24,000 bases of DNA, taken from the NCBI GenBank assembly GCA_030603365.1, contig JAUVXV010000004.1:144210-168209 (forward strand), written 5' to 3'. Within the stretch, counting starts at the first letter, position 1. Each line of letters begins with the position of its first letter. Below are positions 1 through 7,505 of the stretch, one piece after another. Both the position numbers and the translations under genes were made by a program. The notes beneath the pieces are model-generated. The model had not been told where the DNA came from and made no database searches. It was given only the letters and a program-made list of their open reading frames with translations. Source of the stretch: Candidatus Heimdallarchaeota archaeon (GTDB lineage Archaea > Asgardarchaeota > Heimdallarchaeia > Heimdallarchaeales > Heimdallarchaeaceae).

Positions 1-62
1 GGAGCTTCCATTCGGTTACATAAACCGATAGGTCGCAGGTTCGAGTCCTGCGGGTGGCGCCA
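1..62 (+). tRNA. 3' portion of a tRNA gene (5' part lies outside the window); identity undetermined
   Basis: Canonical T-arm gcagg-ttcgagt-cctgc (35-51), 7-nt acceptor 3' strand gggtggc (52-58), discriminator g, encoded CCA (60-62). Upstream sequence 11-29 forms a hairpin (ttcggtt/aaccgat) that does not fit a standard 7-nt anticodon loop, so an intron or a long variable arm is possible. Confidence 0.7.
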
Positions 63-80
63 TAATTCTTCTCTCTGTTT

Positions 81-1373
81 TCAGCTATTTGCTATCGATT
101 TTAAAGCTTGAAGGAATATTTTTACTTCTTCGAGAGTGTTATAATGAACCAAACTAATTCGGTTAATATTTGGTTTGTTATATACATCTTGAGCATAGGA
201 ATAATAATTACCTGCACGGGCAGCTATCCCTCCTTCTTTCCACAAACGAGCTACAATCACATCCTCAGGTACGTTAGCTACTTCGAAAGAAAATGTTGGA
301 TCTCTCTCACTCAATCTCTTTAGATCAGTTAGACCGTAAACTTTCACCTTGGGCATATCTAGTAAACCAGGTATATCATCAAATCCAGCAAGTATTGCTC
401 TAGAAAATTCCATTTCATATTTTTCTATTGCATCCATTGCAATCTTTAGAGAGCGTTTATTTTCATCATATTCGGTATATTTTCCTTCGTAGTTGGTTTG
501 AACTTCACCAGATATCCAATGAAAATGCTCAATTACACCTTTGATAGCTGCAAACATTGCTTGATTTCTAGTTCCCCATTCAAACTTCCCAGGAGGATCA
601 TTAGTTGAAGGCTTCACTTTGAAGGGTTTAAGAGCATCTAGATGTTCCTTTTTACCATAAAGATAACTTCCATGAGAACTAAAAAGTTTGTAACCTGAAA
701 ATACTAGAAAATCACAATCTAAAGCTTGAACATCGGTTTGACCATGTGCAATGTGATGCACAGCATCTACTATGAAGTAAGCTCCAACTTCTTTTGCCAT
801 TTTTCCAATTTCTTCTAACGGTGTTTTTGTTCCAAGCATGTTCGAAGCAGATGTTACTGTTACAACCTTTGTGTTAGAATCTATTATTTCTTGTAGATGT
901 TTCATATCAAGAGTGCCTTCTTCCATGTTCAACTTCGCATATCGAATTTGTTGGATTCTTCCACGTTCTTCCAATTCAACCCAAGGGCTTATGTTTGTAT
1001 AGTGCTCATAATCGGTAGTTACAACATTTTCGGAACCCGAAAGCTCTTTTCCGATAGCATAACTTAAGTTAAAGAACAAAGATGTCGCTGATTCACCTGA
1101 AACGATGGTTGACGGAGAAGGAGCATTTAGAAAATCAGCTACTGCTTCTCTCCCTTCCTGAATAACAACTTCAGCTTGTTTAGATTCGTCAAAGATAGCA
1201 CCTACATTTGCACTACAATTTATACGGGCTTCAGCTTCAGCTTCTGCTGCTTTATCTACAACAAGCGTTGCTGTACCATTATCAAAAAAAGCACGTTTTC
1301 GACCATTGAAATCAGTAACTGCTCTAGGAAAGGCAGCCCTAATCTGATCTATTAATTCTTGATTGAACATCAT
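81..1373 (-). CDS. Class-V aminotransferase / cysteine desulfurase-like PLP-dependent enzyme
   Basis: 430-aa ORF. It has the fold-type I PLP signature DAVHH...FLVFSGYKLFSSHGSYLYGKK, equivalent to the SGHK PLP-lysine motif of the SufS/CsdA/NifS-like family, and the length is typical. Confidence 0.8.
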   Translation of the reverse strand: MMFNQELIDQIRAAFPRAVTDFNGRKRAFFDNGTATLVVDKAAEAEAEARINCSANVGAIFDESKQAEVVIQEGREAVADFLNAPSPSTIVSGESATSLFFNLSYAIGKELSGSENVVTTDYEHYTNISPWVELEERGRIQQIRYAKLNMEEGTLDMKHLQEIIDSNTKVVTVTSASNMLGTKTPLEEIGKMAKEVGAYFIVDAVHHIAHGQTDVQALDCDFLVFSGYKLFSSHGSYLYGKKEHLDALKPFKVKPSTNDPPGKFEWGTRNQAMFAAIKGVIEHFHWISGEVQTNYEGKYTEYDENKRSLKIAMDAIEKYEMEFSRAILAGFDDIPGLLDMPKVKVYGLTDLKRLSERDPTFSFEVANVPEDVIVARLWKEGGIAARAGNYYSYAQDVYNKPNINRISLVHYNTLEEVKIFLQALKSIANS

Positions 1374-1399
1374 ATGATAGTTTTTGAATCATAATTAGA

Positions 1400-2248
1400 T
1401 TAAAAGTTTCTGACATAATCACTTAATTGTCCTAAAAACTCTAATCTTTCATCTGGTTTGATATCTCCTCTGGATAAATCAAGTATTACTCTATGAATTC
1501 CATTTTCTTTATATTCATTAATCAGCAGTTCTAAATCTGTATCTCTATAAACATCAACATGAACTGATAAATAGAAATCTCTATCTTTTAGCCTATTTTG
1601 ATAAGGCTCAATTATTTGTTTGATTTCCTGCCCACTTGCGCCTGCTGGATGTAATCCATCACCATATTCTATTGCTGTTTCTACCATATAGTCAGACGTC
1701 CCTGCCACAATTAAGGGTAATTCAGAAAGCTCAGGTCTTAATGGTTTAAAGCTTACATTTTGAAACTGATAATATTCTCCTTCAAATGAAGTTTCACCAT
1801 TCCATAAGGCTCTAATGATTTGAAGACTCTCACGAAGTTTGCTACCACGTTTCTTGAAATTTTCTCCAAGAAAACCAAATTCAGTTTCATTCCACCCAGC
1901 ACCGAATGTCATCACAATTCTTCCATCAGTTAAGTAATCTAAAGTGGCTAGTTGTTTAGCTACGATGATGGGATTTCTTATTGGAAGAACAAGAGTAGAT
2001 ACTCCAAACTTAATTTTCTTGGTATGTCCTGCAAGAAAAGCTATCGTTGTTAAAGGTTCAGCAATATTATTGTAGAGTGCGGTAGTTGTGTCACCATAAA
2101 TCGTTAATCCTTTCTCATCAGATTGCATGATATGATCAACCATCCAAAGAGATTCAAAACCTGCTTGTTCTGCTACTCTTGCGGTTTCAATCAAAAAATC
2201 TCTTTTTAAGTTAGCATCAAAATTTTCTAATGTATATCCAAATTTCAT
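1400..2248 (-). CDS. Luciferase-like monooxygenase (LLM) class flavin/F420-dependent oxidoreductase
   Basis: 282-aa ORF. The N-terminus MKFGYTL...AEQAGFESLWMVDHI is typical of the LLM TIM-barrel family. Cofactor and substrate cannot be inferred. Confidence 0.75.
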   Translation of the reverse strand: MKFGYTLENFDANLKRDFLIETARVAEQAGFESLWMVDHIMQSDEKGLTIYGDTTTALYNNIAEPLTTIAFLAGHTKKIKFGVSTLVLPIRNPIIVAKQLATLDYLTDGRIVMTFGAGWNETEFGFLGENFKKRGSKLRESLQIIRALWNGETSFEGEYYQFQNVSFKPLRPELSELPLIVAGTSDYMVETAIEYGDGLHPAGASGQEIKQIIEPYQNRLKDRDFYLSVHVDVYRDTDLELLINEYKENGIHRVILDLSRGDIKPDERLEFLGQLSDYVRNF

Positions 2249-2452
2249 TTCAAGTCACTTAATCCATTATCTTAAGATGTTTTTACATCTAGATGAGATT
2301 ACCTTTATTTCTCAACTCTTTCAAGTTTGAAAATTACAGGCCTTATTCCATCTGGACAAGCTTTGTAAATTATATTTTCAATGAACAGAGGATATTGTAC
2401 TTAGACAGTTATAAACCAAACGTTCAAATTTGATTTCTTCTTGTTATAGTTA

Positions 2453-3478
2453 ATGAGCATAAAAGAAGTCGATGTTCTTTGTATTTGGCAACCGAATGAC
2501 AAATTAAAAGAATATTTGGAACAAGGATTAAGCGAATATCCTCAGGTTAAACTCATCTATCCTCCAGATACACAACCGGAAACTTTCCTTAAATTAGCAC
2601 CAGAGGTAGATATTATTATGGGATGGAGACCAACATTAGAATTACTTCAAACTGCAAAGAATCTGAAGTTATTCATTAATCCTGGGGCAGGAGTGCAGCA
2701 TCTTATTCCTATTTTTCAGGAAGCCACAAAGGAGAAATCTATAATCCTTGTTAATGGACATGGTAATGCTTATTTTACAGCTCAACATACTGTTGCTCTT
2801 CTCCTATCATTGATGAATAAAGTCATTCTTCATCATAATTGGATGGTTGAAGGACTCTGGCGAAGAGGAGATTCTTTCGCTACTTCTATTCCACTTCGTA
2901 GTAAAACAGTAGGTTTGCTAGGTTATGGTGCTGTTAATAGAAGAGTTCACAAATTTCTTTCTGGTTTTGATATTGAATTTGCTATACTTAGGCAAGATTG
3001 GAAGAAACAAAATGAACCCCTTTGTACATCTGTAACAAAGTACGCCTTTGGTGAATTACATAGGTTTTTGGAAGAAATAGATGTATTGATTATAGCTGTA
3101 CCTTTAACCTCTAAAACTGAGGGACTAATCGGAAGAAATGAACTAAAACTCCTTGGAAAAAACAGTTTCCTTGTTAACGTTGGAAGAGGATCTGTTATTG
3201 ATGAGGCAAGCTTATACCAAGCTTTGAAAGAGAAAGAGATTGCTGGAGCAGCAATAGATGTATGGTATAATTATCAACCTGATGAATACGAACAAGGAAA
3301 GAAATTCCCATCCAGTCAGCCGTTTTATTCTCTAGATAATGTTGTTCTATCCCCACACAGAGGTGCTTCTCCTATGGGAAATCTAAAAAGATGGGATGAG
3401 CAGATAGAAAATATTAGCCGTTTTGCAAGAGGGGAAAAAGAGTTTATTAACATGGTTAATTTGGAGGAAGGCTACTAG
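2453..3478 (+). CDS. D-isomer-specific 2-hydroxyacid dehydrogenase family protein (NAD-binding)
   Basis: 341-aa ORF with a Rossmann motif VGLLGYGAVNRRV, NVGRGSVIDE, and the catalytic-region LSPHRGAS typical of the PGDH/GyaR/LdhA-like family. Confidence 0.85.
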   Translation: MSIKEVDVLCIWQPNDKLKEYLEQGLSEYPQVKLIYPPDTQPETFLKLAPEVDIIMGWRPTLELLQTAKNLKLFINPGAGVQHLIPIFQEATKEKSIILVNGHGNAYFTAQHTVALLLSLMNKVILHHNWMVEGLWRRGDSFATSIPLRSKTVGLLGYGAVNRRVHKFLSGFDIEFAILRQDWKKQNEPLCTSVTKYAFGELHRFLEEIDVLIIAVPLTSKTEGLIGRNELKLLGKNSFLVNVGRGSVIDEASLYQALKEKEIAGAAIDVWYNYQPDEYEQGKKFPSSQPFYSLDNVVLSPHRGASPMGNLKRWDEQIENISRFARGEKEFINMVNLEEGY

Positions 3479-4073
3479 AATTTTTCCAAGTAGTATATTT
3501 CTTATTAAAGATTTTAACAAAAGGAAAAGCAAGCGAATAAATAAACAACTCAAAGAGGAAAGATCCTTTTTCAGGGGGTAAACCCTTTAATCTACTCTCA
3601 AATGCATCTAAGGTGTTTCCTAAGAGATTTCCCATTGTAATCATTTCAATAAAAAGCTGAATATCTTTAGCTTTTTCTTCTCCATAAAATTCCAGAACCT
3701 TTTGCCATGCTTCAGTTGTATTTTTTCCTTCAGCTTCTGCATAATACTGAGCATAAGCTAAAGCTACAACTTCTTCAGGATCACAGGAACTGAAATCATT
3801 AATCATTATTTGCTCTATTTCTTCTTCACTGCATCCTATATCAAGTGCTGATTTAGTGTGACCCCACTCACAATATCTACAACCATTAACAGCTGTTACT
3901 GTTAGAATTATGCGTTTTTCAAATTGTGGACTAATACGACCTGCTTTCTTTGTTTCTCGAATCAAAGGTGTTTTTTTTATCATTCGAAATATATCTTGAA
4001 AGAAACTTTTGAATGTGTATGATCTTTTTTTGAAATATTGAGTACCATACATTGAGAGAAATTTGAAACACAA
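3456..4073 (-). CDS. Carboxymuconolactone decarboxylase (CMD)/AhpD-like family protein
   Basis: Carries the CMD/AhpD signature VNGCRYCEWGHTKSAL (CxxC...H). The true start may be an internal Met. The 3' end overlaps the convergent dehydrogenase gene by 23 nt. Confidence 0.65.
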   Translation of the reverse strand: MCFKFLSMYGTQYFKKRSYTFKSFFQDIFRMIKKTPLIRETKKAGRISPQFEKRIILTVTAVNGCRYCEWGHTKSALDIGCSEEEIEQIMINDFSSCDPEEVVALAYAQYYAEAEGKNTTEAWQKVLEFYGEEKAKDIQLFIEMITMGNLLGNTLDAFESRLKGLPPEKGSFLFELFIYSLAFPFVKIFNKKYTTWKNSSSLPPN

Positions 4074-4120
4074 GATAAAAACATCGCTATTTAGTAAAAA
4101 TCATTCAATAATCAGAACTG

Positions 4121-4146
4121 AAATGAAAAAGAAAAGAAAAAAGAGT
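4121..4146 (-). terminator. Possible oligo-T archaeal transcription termination tract after the ABC operon
   Basis: The plus-strand purine/A-run aaatgaaaaagaaaagaaaaaagag reads as a T-rich tract on the minus strand immediately downstream of the last ATPase stop codon (4148-4150). Archaeal RNAP terminates at oligo-T runs. Confidence 0.3.
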
Positions 4147-4147
4147 G

Positions 4148-5188
4148 TTAAATTTCTGGAAAATGGCAAGCAATATAGTGATTAGGTTCTACTTCCTCAA
4201 GATCAGGAGTTACTTTAGAACAGATTTCTTGTACTTTGTAACATCTTGGATGGAATGGACATCCTGAGGGAGGATTAATTGGACTTGGAACGTCTCCTTC
4301 CAGAATAATACGATCCATTTTCAGACGAGGATCTGTACGGGGAATAGCTGAAAGCAGTGAAACCGAATATGGGTGTCCTGTCTTTCGGAATAATTCACCT
4401 GTTGGAGACATTTCCATTATTTTTCCAAGATACATTACTGCTACCCTATCTGAAACATGTTTGATAACACTGAGATCATGTGCAATAAACATGAAAGTTA
4501 GATCGAAATCTCCCTGCAAGTCGTGTAATAGGTTCAGGATTTGTGCCTGTACTGAAACATCTAGAGCAGATACGGGTTCATCTAACAAAATAACTTCAGG
4601 ATGAATAGCTAATGCTCTTGCAATTCCTAATCTCTGTCTTTGCCCACCACTAAATTCGTGAGGATATCTTAAAGCATGATAATCTTCTAATCCTACTTTA
4701 GCAAGCATTTCGAGAACCCTAGCTTCCTTTTCTTCATATAACATGTCTGGAAAATGTATGTCAAAGGGTTCTTTGATTAGATCAAGAACCATTCTTCTTG
4801 GATTCAAACTGGAATAGGGATCTTGGAATACCATCTGAAGCTGTCTTTTAACTGTAAGTTCTTCTTCCCTAGTCATAGGTTGAAAAATATCTATTCCTTT
4901 GAAATAAACTGATCCTTCAGTTGGTTTTTCAAGCTTAACTGTAACTTTTGCAGTTGTACTTTTTCCACAACCTGATTCTCCTACAAGACCAAGAGTTTCA
5001 CCTTTATTGAGGAAAAGGTTTACTCCATCTACAGCTTTTATGTGAGCTACAACTCGAGAAAATAAGATAGATTGTTGGCTAACTGGGAACCATTTTTTCA
5101 TGTTATCAATAGTAATAATTGGTTGAGTCTTTGCATCCCAGCTGGAGAATAGATCAATAGTCTCATATTCTTCAAATGTTGATGCCAT
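4148..5188 (-). CDS. Oligopeptide/dipeptide-type ABC transporter ATP-binding protein (OppF/DppF-like)
   Basis: Walker A GESGCGKST, ABC signature FSGGQRQR, Walker B ILLDEPVSALD, and a C-terminal oligopeptide-ATPase extension with CPFHPRC...C...CH. Confidence 0.92.
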   Translation of the reverse strand: MASTFEEYETIDLFSSWDAKTQPIITIDNMKKWFPVSQQSILFSRVVAHIKAVDGVNLFLNKGETLGLVGESGCGKSTTAKVTVKLEKPTEGSVYFKGIDIFQPMTREEELTVKRQLQMVFQDPYSSLNPRRMVLDLIKEPFDIHFPDMLYEEKEARVLEMLAKVGLEDYHALRYPHEFSGGQRQRLGIARALAIHPEVILLDEPVSALDVSVQAQILNLLHDLQGDFDLTFMFIAHDLSVIKHVSDRVAVMYLGKIMEMSPTGELFRKTGHPYSVSLLSAIPRTDPRLKMDRIILEGDVPSPINPPSGCPFHPRCYKVQEICSKVTPDLEEVEPNHYIACHFPEI

Positions 5189-5189
5189 T

Positions 5190-6221
5190 TTAGACTTCCT
5201 CCTTTATCATTGTTCGCTCACGCATAGTTTCTTCACCTATATGAAGGTCTAATTCTTCAAAGTGATGACATGCAACTCTACGGCTCCTGCCAAAATTATG
5301 CTCAGGGGGACGAATACGAGAACAAATTTCGGTGGCATACTTGCATCTAGGATGGAATCTGCAACCTTTTGGTGGATTGATAAGTCTTGGAACGTTACCT
5401 GGAATTGTTACCAATCGTGTTTTATCTTTCTCTAAACTTGGAATACTCTCGAAAAGTGCGTATGTATAAGGATGTGCTGGATTAAGAAATATGTCTTCAG
5501 TATATCCTGATTCAACAACTCGACCTCCGTAGAATATGTGCACTCTTTTTGTAATTTCAGCTACTACTCCAAGATTGTGTGTAATGAGCATCATACCTAA
5601 TCCTAGCTTCTGTTGCATCTCCTTAATAATTTCAAGAACTTGTGCTTGAATTGTTACGTCCAAAGCAGTGGTGGGTTCATCAGCAATTAGTAAACTTGGT
5701 TGCAGAGCTAGTGCTCTTGCTATGAGTATTCTTTGCCTCATACCCCCACTGAATTGATGTGGGTAATCAGTTATACGGGTTTCAGGTTCAGAAATTCCAA
5801 CTTGATCTAGCGATTCAATAGCTAGCTCTAATGCTTCTTTCTTACTACATTTCCTATGGAGAGCAATAACTTCTGTCATCTGATCAGCAATCCTGAAGAT
5901 AGGATTTAAGCTTGTCATAGGGTCTTGGAAAATCATAGCTATCTCTTTTCCTCTAATTCTTCGCATCTGAAGATCTGGTAATTCAAGTAGATTTACTCCT
6001 TTGTAGATTATTTCCCCTGAAATTGTTTTTCCATTTTTAGGTAGAATTCTGAGTGTTGAATGTGCTGTCACAGTCTTGCCACAGCCAGATTCCCCTACAA
6101 TTCCAACAGGTTCTCCTTTCATAACATCAAAGGATACTCCATCTAAGGCCTCTACTATACCAGATTCGGTGTAGAAATAGGTATATACATCATTAAGTTC
6201 TAATATTGGTTTTTCGGTCAC
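5190..6221 (-). CDS. Oligopeptide/dipeptide-type ABC transporter ATP-binding protein (OppD/DppD-like)
   Basis: Walker A GESGCGKTV, signature FSGGMRQR, Walker B LIADEPTTALD, and a C-terminal CRFHPRC...C...CH extension. It lies 1 nt upstream of the next ATPase gene. Confidence 0.92.
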   Translation of the reverse strand: MTEKPILELNDVYTYFYTESGIVEALDGVSFDVMKGEPVGIVGESGCGKTVTAHSTLRILPKNGKTISGEIIYKGVNLLELPDLQMRRIRGKEIAMIFQDPMTSLNPIFRIADQMTEVIALHRKCSKKEALELAIESLDQVGISEPETRITDYPHQFSGGMRQRILIARALALQPSLLIADEPTTALDVTIQAQVLEIIKEMQQKLGLGMMLITHNLGVVAEITKRVHIFYGGRVVESGYTEDIFLNPAHPYTYALFESIPSLEKDKTRLVTIPGNVPRLINPPKGCRFHPRCKYATEICSRIRPPEHNFGRSRRVACHHFEELDLHIGEETMRERTMIKEEV

Positions 6222-6227
6222 TTTGTA

Positions 6228-7490
6228 TCACTCTCTCAATCTTGGATCTAAAGCATCCCTTAATGCATCTCCTAGTAAGTTAAACGCCAATACTACGAAG
6301 AATATAGCGAAACCAGGAAGCAAAGCTAACTCTGGATTCGTTTTCAATACTGTTTGTGCATCATTAACCATCTGTCCCCAAGAGATTGTCGTTGGACTTC
6401 CTAAACCAAGGAAAGTCAATCCTGCTTCTGCAAGGATTCCTCCTGCGATAGAGATTGTTGCTATAACAATAATTGGTGCTAAGATATTAGGCAGAATATG
6501 AACTAAGATAATTCGCCTATTACTCGCCCCCAATACTCTTGCTGCATTAACGTAATCTAAATTGTAAATTTGCCGCGTGTTCGCACTTACTAGCCTACAT
6601 AATCCCGCCCAACCGAATACACCAAGTACTACGATGATAACGATCGATTGCGGAATTTGTCTCAAGAAAACTAATCTTCCTCTTCTAATGAAGGAAACAG
6701 CTAGAATTGCAATCACAAGAAATGGTAATGCAAGAAACATATCTGTTAATCTCATGATTATTTCTTCTGTCCAACCTCTGTAATATCCTGCTAAAGCACC
6801 TAATGTAACTCCAATCAATACTGCGAGTATTGATGAGAATACTCCAACAGTTAGAGATACTTCACTTCCTGCTAATAATCTTGAGAATTCATCTCTTCCT
6901 AGTACGTCAGTTCCTCCAGGATATTTTAAGTTAGGATTAGCGAGGGAACCTCCTCCATTCCAAGCATCGAATAAGGGTTCAGTCATTACAGGACTGAAAG
7001 GCATTATTATTGGATAAACTATTGCTAAGATAGTAATTCCAATTACAAGTACGCCAGATAATATCGCCACTTTGTTTTTACTATATCTTCTCCAAACTAG
7101 TGACCATTGGGATGGACTTCTTTCCCTTAGAGTTCCATCTTTTGCAATGATAACTTCTTTCTTAGATGTTGTTCTTTTGTAATATCCCCATGCGAATTTG
7201 GCGCCAACCCAGATTAGGGCCAATACTACTACGAAAATGAAGTACATATACCAACCTGTTGCTGATCCAAAGCCGACATTCTTTACTGAGACCCCAAAAA
7301 GTGGTACAATAACTCCAACTACTAATACAATACCTAAAAACTCTACAATATAATTTAGATAGTAATGTTTCCAAAGTATTGCTAGTTTGCCAACCCAAGA
7401 CATTGATTTAGGTAATCTGTTTTCTACTAGATATTCGTCTAATCTTTCAGCGAAAGATAATTTTGTTGTTTCTGCTGCTACTCTTTGCAT
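6228..7490 (-). CDS. Opp/Dpp-type ABC transporter permease (OppC/DppC-like) with an extra N-terminal membrane segment of about 125 aa
   Basis: The C-terminal roughly 295 aa has the typical OppC layout (WRRYSKNKVAILSG... and the EAA-loop region YVNAARVLGASNRRII). The N-terminal roughly 125 aa adds hydrophobic helices not needed for a canonical OppC. Confidence 0.88.
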   Translation of the reverse strand: MQRVAAETTKLSFAERLDEYLVENRLPKSMSWVGKLAILWKHYYLNYIVEFLGIVLVVGVIVPLFGVSVKNVGFGSATGWYMYFIFVVVLALIWVGAKFAWGYYKRTTSKKEVIIAKDGTLRERSPSQWSLVWRRYSKNKVAILSGVLVIGITILAIVYPIIMPFSPVMTEPLFDAWNGGGSLANPNLKYPGGTDVLGRDEFSRLLAGSEVSLTVGVFSSILAVLIGVTLGALAGYYRGWTEEIIMRLTDMFLALPFLVIAILAVSFIRRGRLVFLRQIPQSIVIIVVLGVFGWAGLCRLVSANTRQIYNLDYVNAARVLGASNRRIILVHILPNILAPIIVIATISIAGGILAEAGLTFLGLGSPTTISWGQMVNDAQTVLKTNPELALLPGFAIFFVVLAFNLLGDALRDALDPRLRE

Positions 7491-7505
7491 TTTTCATCCA
7501 CCTTA

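Noticed and set aside
2275-2295. Overlapping small inverted repeats in the divergent intergenic region: agatgt-tttt-acatct and the 10-nt palindrome catctagatg.
   Set aside because: Palindromes of 6-10 nt are expected by chance in AT-rich intergenic DNA. It could be an operator, but nothing else supports that.
3456-3478. A 23-nt 3'-3' overlap between the convergent dehydrogenase and CMD-like genes.
   Set aside because: Convergent overlaps of this size are common in compact genomes, and no additional structure is evident.
4148-6221. Cysteine clusters at the C-termini of both ABC ATPases (C-x-F-H-P-R-C ... C ... C-H).
   Set aside because: This is a known conserved feature of the C-terminal extension in Opp/Dpp-type ATPases, not a novelty of this locus.
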